A DNA stretch of 64,000 nucleotides from Octopus sinensis (lineage: Eukaryota), in assembly GCF_006345805.1 (NCBI RefSeq), contig NC_043018.1, forward strand, positions 1,426,001 to 1,490,000, written 5' to 3'. Positions 26,863-40,914 of the stretch are shown here, piece after piece; the stretch's first letter is position 1; the number at the start of each line of letters is the position of its first letter. Under the pieces are notes generated by a model, which saw nothing but the letters and a program-made list of their open reading frames with translations, had not been told where the DNA came from and searched no databases. The position numbers were made by a program, and so were the translations under genes.

Positions 26863-26925
26863 GGTGCCTTGAAACATGTGGATAGAAAACGAGCTTCTTA
26901 CCACACAGCCACGCCTGTGCCTATG
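26863..26925 (-). mobile_element. SINE family A head fragment
   Basis: GCTTCTTACCACACAGCCACGCCTGTGCCTAT. Confidence 0.75.
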
Positions 26926-28149
26926 GCCAAATCACTTTTAAATTGGTTCAAATATATCCTGATGAAGTATGATGATCTTAAGGTAGAGTATATTTTTGTC
27001 GATCTTATCAGCTAATTGGGTTGGCCACCTGTGTTATGTATGAAGTAAACTTGCATTTATTTTCTTCAAATAATCGAACGAGGAATACTTTGAAATCAAG
27101 TTCAGTCATGTAATCTTTTATTCTGTTCGTTGCACCGTGTTTCAGACATATGTGTCTTGGAGAGAAATCGTTTTCTTCTTTGAAATGTTCAAACTACATG
27201 AATAACAAACGTCATACATGGAGTAGAAAATATATATATTATATAACCTGAAGTTGAGACTATTGTTACATAAAGTTTCATACGTCCGTTTAACGAACAG
27301 TTTGTCACACACAGTGACATTTGATGACAAGTTATCTGACAAAGACATATGTGTACCTTTCTTTTTACAACAGATCAAAATTTCAAACATATCTATATCA
27401 GTATGTAACTGTCTTTCAGTCTATCCATCTCATGCTTAATTTGAAACCATCTTTTCTTCGGTTCGGTCCACTGCATGGCAACCTATTCATCTTTTGGAAG
27501 ACATGGTTAGACAGTAGCTGCTTAGAGATCTGTCGTATATGAATGTGAGTGTGTATATTGTGAACATTGTAATTTCGTTTTTGTGTGTATGTGTGTGTAG
27601 GAAAATTTATATATATATATATATTCACACGTGTGTGTTTATTTTTGTTCTATGTCTACATTTCGACCACGATGTTTGTATCCTTGTTTCGTAACTTACT
27701 GGTGCGATAACAGGTAGTCACTGAAATAATTATTTGAATTAGGAAGACCTGAGTACTGGGCCAACAAGATAGACTAAAAACAATTAAAGGGATGTATTAG
27801 AAAGGTCTCGGCCTAATGACAAAAACTAGCATATTTTGCACGAATCAAAATTCTACAGTTTTAAGAAATGAATATACACAATAGGAAATGTTCTATAGAC
27901 ACAAATTGGGTGGTCGTGGGTGGAACTTTAATGATTGCGTATCAAGAAAAAAAATAGCAACAGCTATGTTAATTTCATCAACACCAACTTCACATAACAA
28001 AACGCATTCCAGCATGTGACACCATACGTAGCCTTAAACAAACAAAGCCTATTCTTCTTTGTTACTATTAGCTGATAAAAACAGTGCCATTAAAAGTTAG
28101 TCGAGATGAAGTTTAATAAAGCGGTACCTAAACTAACGAGGGTCTACCG

Positions 28150-28320
28150 GCGGCATTACACAACGTTACATTTTTAACTCTATCCCCGAAATTAAACGGT
28201 GACGTTCCATTTTGATACACCAGTCAGCCGAGATATGGTTAATTACACTGTACGGCAATAAGAAACCCTTGTTACAGTCATATGATTATGATCATACTAC
28301 GTTGCCAAACGAAGAGGGAT
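28150..28320 (-). pseudogene. Decayed exon paralogous to 31760-31985
   Basis: With one frameshift: TIPLRLAT*YDHNHMTVTRVLIAVQCN*PYLG*LVYQNGTSPFNFGDRV. The other copy reads EIHVQVSEYSRDTHNLNAVLIAIQCDADHNKASPFNY. Confidence 0.45.
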
Positions 28321-28482
28321 GGTGTGCAATAATGATTGTAATTAGAAACAAGAAAATTAACAACGAACGCAACATAAATAATAATAACAATAATAATAAA
28401 ATAATTTTAGTATAAATTAAAAACAACGGCGAAATTAGCGATAACAAAAACAACAACAACGACGACGACGACAACAGCAATG

Positions 28483-28555
<73 letters not shown>

Positions 28556-28841
28556 TAATAATGATAATAATGGTAATAATAATAATGTAAATACTAATAA
28601 TAAAAATAATTAAAGGGTGAGTTATTGAAAGGTATATTTTTTTATATAATATTTGAATATTGAAATTCAACAAAAATTGATAATTTTTTTTTTTAAAGTT
28701 TGAAACTAAATAAAATGCGCACACAAATAGAAGAAAGGGAATGGAAAAAAAAACAAACGAAAAATAGTGTAATTTGATAGTTAAAAATGAAAGTTTAATT
28801 AACTGTAATTTCTGTACAACGCTTCAAATCGTCATCATGAA

Positions 28842-28872
<31 letters not shown>

Positions 28873-29283
28873 TTCGTTCTGGTCGCCATCATCATCGTCC
28901 ATCAACATTATCAGCATCGCCATATTCGGTCTGCAAACGAGCAAGAACGGCAAAAATCATCGTCATCATCATCATCAATAACACCATCGTTGTCATCGTG
29001 TCATCACCATAATGGAAACTATATAGTTTTTTTGGGAGTTTTTTTTTATCATCATCGCAACTATCATTCGAATCGATAGTAATATCACAAACATCACCAC
29101 CATCACAATCGTTGCCAGTTTGACCATCTTCACCATTATTACCAAGACTACCAAGACCATTACCATTCTTTATGAAAATATCAACAGCGTAATAATATGA
29201 AGAAGAAGTGGAAGAAGAAGAACAAGAGCAACCACTAATATTTGTAATCATTATTGTTGTCATTCTTGTTACTGTTGTTGAAT

Positions 29284-29314
<31 letters not shown>

Positions 29315-29382
29315 GGGTTTTTCTTCTTTCAAATTTGCTTCCATTTCTTGCCGAGTGTCTTCCCGACTCCTAGGGCAAAGAA

Positions 29383-29492
<110 letters not shown>

Positions 29493-29501
29493 TTATTATT
29501 A

Positions 29502-29541
<40 letters not shown>

Positions 29542-29595
29542 CATTATTATTATTATTATCATCGTCATCATCGTCATCATCATCATTATTATCGT

Positions 29596-29814
29596 ACTCT
29601 TTCACTCTTTTACTTGTTTCAGTCATTTGGCTGCGGCCATGTTGGAACACCGCCTTTAGTCGAGCAAATCAACCCCATCACTTATTCTTTGTAAGCCCAG
29701 TACTTATTCTATCGTTATCTTTTACCGAACCGCTAAGTTACGGGGACGTAAACACACCAGCATCGGTTGTCAAGCGATTTGGGGTGGAGACAAACAAAGG
29801 CACACAAACATATA

Positions 29815-29878
<64 letters not shown>

Positions 29879-30061
29879 TTATAAATATATACACACATAT
29901 ACGACGGGCGTCTTCCAGTTTCCGTCTACCAATTCCACTCACAAGGCTTTGGTCGACCCGAGAGTAGAAGACATCTACCTAAGGTATCACGCAGTGGGAC
30001 TGAACCCGGAACCATGTGGTTGGTAAGCAAGGTACTTACCACACAGCCACTCCTATGCCTA
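29596..30061 (-). mobile_element. SINE family A (full length)
   Basis: Same head, body and tail as 2191-2620. Confidence 0.9.
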
Positions 30062-30121
30062 TTCTTCTTATTATTATTAGTAGTAGAAGGATGAGGAGGA
30101 GTAGCAACAGCACCAGTAGTT

Positions 30122-30169
<48 letters not shown>

Positions 30170-31759
30170 TTATTATTGTTGTTATTGATGAATCTGATGT
30201 TATTGTTTTAGATGTTTGTGTTCGTAAAATCATCACCATCATCATTATCATCATCGTCATGAAAATCTTCATTTAGATCAACGTCATCAGCATTATCATT
30301 ATGCTCCCCCCCACCGCTTCATAATCATCACCATTGCTATCCCATCAACCCTCATCATAATTACAGACATTACAATCATTAACTTCATCATTCTCATCGT
30401 CACCAGATCGTGCAGGTAATTAACTTCATCAATTAAAAAGACACATTATAGGTTGCATATATACGCCTATATTTGTCGGTAGCTCTTGTATATGTGCGTG
30501 TATATGTGCGATCATCCATATACGAATGTACGTGTGTGAGTTTGTATGTGTCTATGTCTCTCAATATGGGTGTATTTTTGTCTGTGGAAGCAGGAAAGCT
30601 TTGAGTGTATATATGTGTGTATATGTGTGTGTGTGTGTGCGTGTGTGTGTGTGTGTGTATGTGCAAGTGTGAAAGTGAGTTTGTGAGCACGTTCAATTAC
30701 TATATAACGAAACAGTTTCTGATTTTCAATGTTTGTATCTCTCGTATGTTAGGTGTTGTATTGAAACCAATTGTTGCTGGTAGAATTTTTTTCTTGCACA
30801 AATTTTGGTTCTATTTCTGCTTATAGGAATGGTAATATCACAATGCCTTCAGATACATACATGCGACCTGTATCTTGGACATTTTTGTCCAAATTTTCAT
30901 AACATTCACAGACGGCGAATTCGCAAACATTAGAGAGATGAGCCGAATGTCTCAAGCTATTCGCCCAAATTCTTTTGCTTTAAGTCTGACAGCTTTACGA
31001 TTCGTGTTCTTTGAAGAGACACAAAACTTACCGCTCCAGGGCAGTGGAAAGGCGCATCTTGTTGGGGCTTGGGACATCCGTCGCCTGTTCCGAGATTCTA
31101 TGTTTTGGCAATATCATTGATGACAATCAATATTGATAGTCCTTGTATTAACCCAAGTGAACGGGTTCATTCGAATAACCATTAGTAGAATGGAAACGGG
31201 TACTTGTATTCATGAGCCGGTGCCTCTCTTCTTCAAAATATTCCTATCCAATGTTATCTAAATGAAAATCTATTAATTCAACCTTAACCATATATTAATT
31301 GAAACAATCTTACAAATATTCTTATCTCAAGGTATTTCCATTTAAAATAACACTACATAAATATCATATATGTCCTCTTCATGCTTATGAAGTTTAGTCA
31401 TGTGACAATTCTCATCATGTAGCAGCAAGATCCACGGTGCACAAAGCAGCAATGGAATTCGTAAAAGATATGTAAACCGCTGGATGGATTCGGATGAAAC
31501 TTTCAGAGATGTTTGGCCTCGTGGCTGGCACGAATCGATCTGGTACAGAACAAGAATTTTGAATTATTTTTACGGTTGTTTTTGTTATTTAATTTTTGAG
31601 AGCGGCCGGGTTAATAATTAGGATTCTTGTTTTTTGATAGCAGTTGAGCTTATTTCAGAACTTCTCATTTTAAAAATCATCTCCGATTAATCATTGAGAG
31701 AATGTTGGTGGAGGTTTGCGGTTTCTCAGTTGCCTTGTTCAATATGATATAAGTTTACT

Positions 31760-31985
31760 CAAATCTGGTGGATATATTTCCTGGAAGATGTAGCTACAAC
31801 ACTTCGCTGGAGGCGTAATTGAATGGACTAGCCTTATTATGATCAGCGTCACATTGAATCGCTATGAGAACTGCGTTGAGATTATGCGTGTCTCTGGAGT
31901 ACTCAGACACTTGAACATGAATCTCACGAACAGCCTGTTCTACTGGAACCCTAATCGTCATAACCAATGTGATGTGCCTAATTCA
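31760..31985 (-). pseudogene. Exon-like frame with in-frame TAG, paralogous to 28150-28320
   Basis: IRHITLVMTIRVPVEQAVREIHVQVSEYSRDTHNLNAVLIAIQCDADHNKASPFNYASSEVL*LHLPGNISTRFE, with TAG at 31794-31796. Confidence 0.45.
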
Positions 31986-32959
31986 CGACCGTGAGCATTA
32001 CTATAGATTAGAGAACATTATCACTTTCACGGTGAAGAATCTTGTGAGAAATGGGATCTGCAGCTGTCTCGGGACCTTTGTTTCTCTGCCCTTCTATGGA
32101 GGAAGTAAATTTGTCAATTGGGATTTCGTTACGACTATGATGCATTTTGCTATCATGATTTTGGAAAATGTTCGCTAATCTTGATGATGATGATGATGAC
32201 AACGCCGATAATGCTGATGATCAGCAACATGTTTATCATGAGAATCATGATGATTATAATGATTGTGTTGGTGGTGGTGGTGCTTGTGTTAGCGAAGACA
32301 ATGATAATGGCAACGAACATGATAATAAGCATCATAATCATGGAGGTGGTGGTGGGGATGGGGGCAGTGATGGTGGTGGTGGTGATGGTGATGATGGTAG
32401 GTGTGTATTTTGTTCTTGTTGGTTGTAGTCGCAGTGATTATGATGGCCATTATGGTCCATCCAACACTTCTATCTCTGTATAAAAACCTTGGATATTACA
32501 CTGCCATAGTCGTCACGCCACTTCTCAGAGAAACTTCCCAACATATATCCAGACCTGAAAAATTCCCAATATCTTTTATGAATCACTTGCTCTTAAAATT
32601 GATTCACCCTGATGTATTTTCTGCCGGGATTATCACACTTTTGGAAAGATAAAGAACGTGAAACGACAACATATTCCAGTATTTTTCAAAGATCGCTAAA
32701 CAACAGTACCTATCTAATTACTCTTTTCATAGATAAACAGTTATGGATCAAGGCTGAAATGCTGCTCAAACAATCTCGCAATGCTCTCCGCTTGTTTTCA
32801 CTCAGCCTGTATAATCCTTCCTCTCCAACACCCAGACTGTATAGTTTTCGAAACATCTGCCAATAGCAGTTGCCTACTAGAAATTTCGCTACCCTAGCCT
32901 CTTTTTTATTCATTTTTCTGTTATTTCCCAACAGGCATCGACTTAAAATTTCTTTCTAT

Positions 32960-33090
32960 TACAAGGCTTGAAACTTGTGACGAGGGGGCCAGTCGATAAG
33001 ATCGTCCGCAGCACACGAGTGGTACTTAACTTATCGACTCCGAGAGGATGAAAGTCAAAGTCGATCAAGGGGGAATTGGAACGTAGCAGC
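32960..33090 (-). mobile_element. SINE family B fragment
   Basis: GGTACTTAACTTATCGACTCCGAGAGGATGAAAGTCAAAGTCGA core. Confidence 0.75.
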
Positions 33091-33835
33091 ATGGCGTCGA
33101 CTTAAAATTACCGAAACTGAATGAATATAACAACAAACCACTCATGGCATAAACCTTTCGTCTCAGAAACAATCTGATATTTGTTTCCTTCACAAATATT
33201 ATTGAAATTATTATCAATTTAATTCTGCCGTATCCCACATGCTCACGATAAAATTTAACCAAAATACTGATGTCTACTTAAGTGCAAAAGAAATATTTAT
33301 TTTCTTCAGCAAAAAAAAATATATACAAACAGCATTTTACATCAAAGGCTAAATATGCATTTCAATTAGTTTGCTCTTACATATTTCAATTACGAATATA
33401 TACTTCCCCATTTACGTCATGAAATTACACAATATTTACATGCTTACTTTACGTCTTTAGACGATGTCTTAATATAATATATATATATGGGCAGTTTTAT
33501 ATTTAAATATAATTCGTTTTATAATTTTTCATAATACTAGTTTTCAGATTAACTTTGTTTCATTATTGATGTTCTTGCTGTTGATTCCGGTTTTCATGTC
33601 GGAACAACGTAGTTGATTTTTCACAACTACATAATATATTCATTGTTTCTTACGAAAATAAAAATAAAAAAAGGAATTGCAAAGATATTTCATTCATTGA
33701 AAACGATTTTTTTTTCTATCTCTGCATCGTTGTTTTTGTAATTCATTTGCAGGAGAGCATTTGTTACCATTTTGTTTTACATCATTTATTTATAACTAAC
33801 AATTTGCAACATCATTGAATGTAAACAATATTCGT

Positions 33836-33891
<56 letters not shown>

Positions 33892-33900
33892 TAACGTATG

Positions 33901-33972
<72 letters not shown>

Positions 33973-34144
33973 TAACGTATGCATGTATGTACGTATGTAT
34001 ATATGCATATATGCATATATGTATATATATATATATATATTTATTTATATGTATGCATGTACATGTATATATATATATATATATATGTATGTACATATAT
34101 ATATATATGCATTTTGTATATATATATGTATGTATATATGTAGA

Positions 34145-34198
<54 letters not shown>

Positions 34199-35107
34199 TG
34201 TATTTGACTGTGTCTGTGTATAGGTGTACGTGTTTATATATATACAGAGAGAGAGAGAGAGAGCATGAACATTTTTGAAAAATTGACATTTATATTTCGC
34301 ATCTAATTTTATTCTATTTTCTTAATGTTTACTTATTAACACACAATCACACGCCAATGGTGCTGAATACACACACACACACAAACATACACACACACAC
34401 ACATACACGTACACACACACACAAATACATGTCTGTATATGAATCTCTTTGTGCGTGTGGGGATATGAGTGTAAGTGTGCTTCTCGTGCAGACGTGCGTG
34501 TCTGTGTATGTATGTGTGTATGTGTATTGTTTTCAAATATACTTGCATGATGGATGAATCAAATTTCACCGGTCTTGCTTATATATTTTAGTCAGTCTTG
34601 CATAATTTATATTGAATTCAGCTTTCTGTATTTGCATCGTCGTAACGTGTTGTTGATTTTTTTTCTGTTGTTGTTATTGTTGCCAAGTATTTTTAGGTTG
34701 TTTGTCATACAATTTTTTTTTTTTGCCTGTACATGTTTTCTTTTGTATTTGGTGCTTCCCTTCCAGTTTCTGACGACAAGTGAAAGAATTGCAAAGATTA
34801 ACTCCAAAATATGCATAGAAATAAACTAATAGACATGAAGTTGTTTACCATTTTTCTAACGTTTAAACAAAATGCTTTCATAACGGACGTCGTATTGGTA
34901 AATAAATGGTCAACAAATAAATGAAAACTGCATAACGGAAAGAATTTTAACCAAAAAAAAACGAAATCCAAAATAACTGCCAAAAATTATCCCAACTACA
35001 ATGGACAAGACATACATATATGTATACACGTGTGTTTTCATTGTATTTATGTATGTACATGGACGCACACACACACAGACACACACACACAAATACATCC
35101 ACATATG

Positions 35108-35144
<37 letters not shown>

Positions 35145-35302
35145 GTATAATACGTATATCCATTCGCACATATATATATACACGTCAATATTCATAGAGA
35201 TACGAACACCCAAGCAAAAGGTATACACATATATATGTGTGTGTTTGTGTATCTGCGTGTGTGATTGTGTGTATGCATATATATGTATGTATGCATATAT
35301 TT

Positions 35303-35356
<54 letters not shown>

Positions 35357-35654
35357 CTGTGAGACCGTGTGTGTGTGTTCGCGTGTGTGTTGTGTGTGTG
35401 TATGTGAGTGTAAAGGACCGGTAGCAATAAAACCGACTGCAGTGAATGAAAAAAAATCAAAGACATCCACCCAGCCCATCACAAGCCTCTCCTCGCATGT
35501 TGTGTTTCATAGATGGCGCTAGCGTTGCATAATTCTGATATTTATATTCTCTGTATTATGTGTCTTATCAACTTGACAAATTTACCTGCAATATATTTTG
35601 GAAAAAAAAACAGAAGCACACATATATAAATAAATATGCAACAACAACGACAAC

Positions 35655-35950
<296 letters not shown>

Positions 35951-36254
35951 AATATAAGAATGGTAGAGTTAAATAAATAAATAAATATATGTTGACGGAG
36001 ACAAAAAAATAAATAAATAAAATGTCTTCTCAGTAGACTTTTTTTTTAGATTAATGAATTGGTCGTATGTTATGTTATCAAAGATTTTGGAATGTCAAGG
36101 GTTCGAACCACATCAGAGGTACTTGCGATAAGGAGGATATTGGTGATGAGAAATGACGATGGTGATTATGAGGAGGAGAAGGGGAAAGGTAGGAGGAGAA
36201 AGTGGAGGTGGAAGTGGAGGTGGAGGAGGAGGACGAAGAGGTGGTGGAGGATAC

Positions 36255-36286
<32 letters not shown>

Positions 36287-36619
36287 GCGATGGTGGTGAT
36301 GAGGTGCGGCAGAAAGGGGAGGTAAATTTTATAGCAAGAGAAATAGAAGGTGAACAGAATGGCTACGAAACCTGAAAGCAGATACGCTGATAATGATAAC
36401 GTTGAGGAGGCGGATGATGATGACGACGACGACGACGACGATGATGATTATGATGATGATGAGGGGGATGTGGATGTGCAGGACGGGACGGATGGTGTCT
36501 ATGACAATACTAATAATGATAATGATAACTAGGGAGCTGATAAAAATTGTGGCGCTGCTTCCACCTATCAGGGTGATGGTGATAATGGAAATATCATATT
36601 CCTAATTGAATTCGGAGTT

Positions 36620-37620
36620 CTTTCCAGGGACGGTGCGCTCCTTGTTACCCATTGCCTATCTAAATAGGGGGTAAAAAAAGATGCAAAATATGCAGGAACT
36701 TTATTGTTAGGATTTTTTCAACCTTAATGTTATATTTGATATTAATTCTAAGGCAGTCAACTTTCTGGACGTAACATTAGACCTTAATATTGAATTAAAC
36801 TACCCATTTCAAAAACCTAGTGAATCCCTGAAATATATTGACGTTTCCTCGAATTATGTTAGATTAACTATCAATAGCATCGTCATAGCTATTTCCATTA
36901 GAACCTCAAATTTATCTGACAACGAGAAGATCTTTAATCAATATAACCCGGTTTACAATAACGCCTTTAAACTAAGTGGTGTTGGTGATCAAATTCTTAC
37001 ATACTTAAAACTAAACTTTAAATAAAATTAGCAAATAATCGCCTAACTCTATCTCTAAAACTATTAGCGCAAGCCCTGTATTGATAAACATAAGCCACGT
37101 AGTAATCATATCATACCTAGTGGAATACAATCTAGTATTAAATATAGCAAATATAAGTATAAACATCCTAATTCGGAAAAGTCTAACATGACTAAACAAT
37201 ACAATTCTAGAAAACGCGAAATAATCTGCTTTGCCTCTCACTTTTTTCTCTTTTATTTTAAGATTTAAGATTTTGCCTAAGTTGTTTTTCAAGACCTTGA
37301 AGAGCAATTTTCCAAAGCACCACAAGTATTACTCAATTTGTAATAAATCTTTGATAAAATCTCCATCTCCCCAATGTCTAATCGAGGATCCATTATAGCT
37401 TCCATGAATAGAAATAAAATAAAACGGCATTCGAATAAGAACGCTAACACTAATAACGTTCCTGATGTAGGCCCTGATAATAATTACAAATCTAGAATAA
37501 TAAATCTAAGTAAATCTAAAATTAATAATGTTAATCCTCTTCAGCCTTTAGTTGTTAGATATCCTGACAAACCAGCCCCCCCCCCCCATTTTTTTAAAAA
37601 AAGCAAAATGACAATAACAG
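36620..37620 (+). mobile_element. Penelope-like element RT C-terminal/thumb-linker remnant
   Basis: Decayed translation VNFLDVTLDLNIELNYPFQKPSESLKYIDVSSNY...RTSNLSDNEKIFNQYNPVYNNAFKLSG ... FFKTLKSNFPKHHKYYSICNK..S.MSNRGSIIASMNRNKI. This matches PLE motifs (FLDV; KP...YI...SNH; HFP..H.L..IFN..VK.SYSCM.N). Confidence 0.85.
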
Positions 37621-38229
37621 GAATGATAGCAGAACAATTTTTAAAAAAACATGTAGCTGTAGAGTGCCTGAATCATGCCCCCTTGCCGGTTTGTGCCTTA
37701 TGCATTTTAGGTCGCATTTATAAATGTATGAGTATGTATAAAAAGTTGATTGCCTAATTTGCGTTTGTATATTAATTCTTATCTTTTGTCGTTTTCAAGG
37801 ACCCTGGAAACGTGACGTAAAAATTGATCTGAAAACATCGGAAAAAAACATAGTATTAGTGGCATTGTAACCCAATCGCTTCAGCTGCTAATGTTGCTGA
37901 TGTTAGTGTTGTGGACATTGTTGATGTTGCAGTTGCTGCTGCTGCTGCTGCTGTTGTTACTGCTTTTTAGCTCGTGGTCACCTGTAGTTACTAAATCTAT
38001 GATCGAAAGGACGAGTCCTTAAGGACCGTGTGAGATTTTTGCTTTTCTGCAGTCACGGTTATCAATCTAACTGGCGCAGATTTAGAAATGATTTCAATGT
38101 CATTTGATCCAGAACAAACATTGCTGCCGGATTTGTTTATGCAATTCTGGTTGTACTTCTGGGCGTTGATCTTAAGCTGAGATTATTCTTGTTAATGCAG
38201 CTGACGTCGTGGTGGCTGTGTTTGTTGTT

Positions 38230-38420
38230 GCAGGTATTAATCCAAGCAATTCAAGTTTAATATGAATTGACATTCTATAGCCGTATGAAGACTTAATTAC
38301 AGTGATAATTATGTCTCCTCGTCAAATATAGCAAAGGATTCCGTTTCAATCCGCTCCCTTTTAATTCGCATGATATTATCTCCATCATTAAATACTCCAC
38401 AAGGTATCGTCTGAGATGTG
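38230..38420. repeat. Dispersed ~190-bp duplicate of 42075-42260
   Basis: Shared CCAAGCAATTC..GTTTAATATGAA..TTCTATAGC..TATGAAGACTTAATT.CAGTGATAATTATGTC.CCTCGTCAAA..TTCGCATG.TATTATCTCCATCATTAAA.ACTCCACAA. Confidence 0.9.
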
Positions 38421-38477
38421 TAACCTTCTGTGGAATGTGTGATTTTCGAGCAAATATATACGTAATAGTCGTTTCTA

Positions 38478-38680
38478 CTATAGGCACAATGTCAGAAATT
38501 TGGGGTGGGAGTGAAGTAGTCGATTACATCGACACCAGCGTTTCACTGGCACTTGATTTATCGACCCCGAAAAGACAAAAGGAAAAAGGTGACCTCGGTG
38601 ATATTTGAACTGACAACGTTAAGATGGACGAAGTATGGCTAAGCATTTTGCCCGGGTTGCTAACGATTTTGTCAGCTCAG
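38478..38680 (-). mobile_element. SINE family B, diverged
   Basis: GATTACATCGACACCAG..TTTATCGACCCCGAAAAGA..GACCTCGG..GCATTTTGCCCGG..GCTAACGATT. Confidence 0.8.
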
Positions 38681-38697
38681 TGATAATAATAATAATG

Positions 38698-38731
<34 letters not shown>

Positions 38732-38880
38732 TGATGATGATGATGGTAATGATGATGATACTAATGATAATAATGATAATAATAATAATAATAATAATAA
38801 TGATGATGATGATGATGATGGTAATGATGATGATACTAATTATAATAATAATAATAATAATCATAATAATATTAATAATG

Positions 38881-38962
<82 letters not shown>

Positions 38963-39010
38963 TAATAATACTAATAATGATAATAATAATGATAACAATA
39001 ATAATAATAA

Positions 39011-39385
39011 TTGTTCAAATGCTGTGGCAAGCATTGGCATTCATGCCCTGATTCAGTACCAGGCAGTGGCTCTCATGGCTTCTGCTCTTAACTGATTGAA
39101 AGAGTTATCGTGTACATTGTTTTCACTCGGTATAAACAATTGGTTACAGTAACTCATCTTATCAATACCACTGATTCGCTTTTCATTTGTTTGAGCTTAA
39201 CCAGTTGAGCATTTCAATTAGTTCCTGACTATATATACATCTCTGATCACGAGCAGAAGTAGTGGGGGAGCATCATAGCCATGTGTTGAAAGGAACTATT
39301 CGGGGTTTGGGTAATTCAGCTCTGGAAACATGGGTGTTTCGTTCAACATACTTAAACAGCCCTTATTCAGAGACCTTTTGAGTGG
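39011..39385 (+). mobile_element. Family E element, 5' part
   Basis: Follows (AAT)n. GCCCTGATTCAGTACCAGGCAGTGGCTCTCATGGCTTCTG matches 22284, with ~35 nt of extra 5' sequence. Confidence 0.85.
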
Positions 39386-39502
39386 AACTTGTGATGCTTT
39401 ATTCAAAGACACATCTTGCTGAAAGACATGACGTTACGATCAGTTGAACTCCATTAACAGCAGAGTCACCTCTCTTTAACATTTGGTGGCAACACAGTAC
39501 AG

Positions 39503-39793
39503 TACACAAGAGGGTTTAAAAATTTTCGGACTAGTTATGTTTAATAATAAATAACTTATTTACCTAAGTTTTGTCATCATCTCTCTCGAATTAGTCACCT
39601 TGCGCTGCAAACGGTCGCAGTATTCCTGCCACTTTTGGAATCTGGCTTTGAAATCTTTTTCAGTAAGCGATTTGAGACCTTCTGCAATTCTCTCTTAAGG
39701 TCACTGCTATCTCTCACTGCGCATGCAAACGTGTGCTGACATCTGTTGGCGCACTACAGAACAAGCCCGGCAACTTTTAGATATCATCTCGTA
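39503..39793. mobile_element. Mariner-type non-autonomous element (MITE)
   Basis: Imperfect TIRs: left TACACAAGAGGGTTTAAAAATTTTCGGACT, right (reverse complement) TACGAGATGATATCTAAAAGTTGCCGGGCT. TA at both ends. Confidence 0.6.
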
Positions 39794-40632
39794 TATTTAT
39801 TTAATGTACAAGACGTGGTGATTGCAACAGAACACGATCCGTGTGTAATTGGCATGCGTAAAGCTAGGTATTAAATGCCTGTCAAATGATATTATGGGAA
39901 TTTACCTGATGCTTTCAGCGCAGTTTATTCCTGTCGATGAGGAATTAGAGTTAACATCTTTATTCTCACTTTTCGAGTAATACATATTACGGTTGCATTA
40001 TCCTTAGGAAATATGACTTTCTTCAAGGATTCGAGTGTGTTTAGCTGCTATTTCTAGTAGTTTGGACAAGCGCGTAAAGCTCCATTGATTTATTGACAGG
40101 AGATGCTTGTTTCTATATTTTATTGTCAACCGATAAATATCGACTCTGTCCATTCCGCACTTGTTTTCACAAAACACGATGTGCCTCTTCTAATTGTTTT
40201 CATGGAATCCCTACTATTTAACTTTATAATTAAACAGGGCTTTTTGACAACCTTTACTGGAGCTTGAATATTTTGAGTGCTGTAACTCGCGATCTTCTAT
40301 CTACTGTTTCTTCTAGATGGCTTCCATCTTAATGAAACTCTTTATATTTATTCATGATTTGCCTGAGACGCTGCCTGACCTGATCAGGAAGTTTGCATTT
40401 TGCTGTACCATAACAGAATTTGAAGTGCTCCTGATCAATCTGCTCTCAAGACAAAATTTATTTGATGTAAGACAAATATGCCAGGTGAAATGTCTGGAGA
40501 CGAGTTATGGAACGCTTAGGCCTAGTCGTTTTGGCGCCTCTTATATGGCGTGGCAGATTCAACGCTGACTTATTGGACATCAGGCTTTCTGACGTAACAT
40601 TCATTTCAAAATTGTCATCATTCTCTGAAACA

Positions 40633-40684
<52 letters not shown>

Positions 40685-40914
40685 TGTGTGAGTGTATTTA
40701 TGTGTACATTTTCTGAGGACAGGGAAAGTGCTATCAATGAAATTCATGTGCTAAATTCAAATGTTTTCTCTCTCTCTCTCTCATCTCTCCTCCTCTCTCT
40801 CTCTATCTCTCCTCTCTCCTCTCTCTCTCTCCTCTCTCTCTCTCTCGCTCCTCTCCTCTCCTCATCTCTCTCTCACTCTCTCTCTCTCTCCTCTCTTTCG
40901 CTCTTCCTCCCTCT

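Noticed and set aside
30875-31120. 81-aa plus-strand ORF, and a minus-strand 66-nt exon (NLGTGDGCPKPQQDAPFHCPGA|gtaagt)
   Set aside because: No recognisable domain, a weak acceptor and no partner exon. The LDLa resemblance is too slight.
36059-36605. Acidic/Met-rich ORFs
   Set aside because: Degenerate (GAT)n/(GGA)n repeats.
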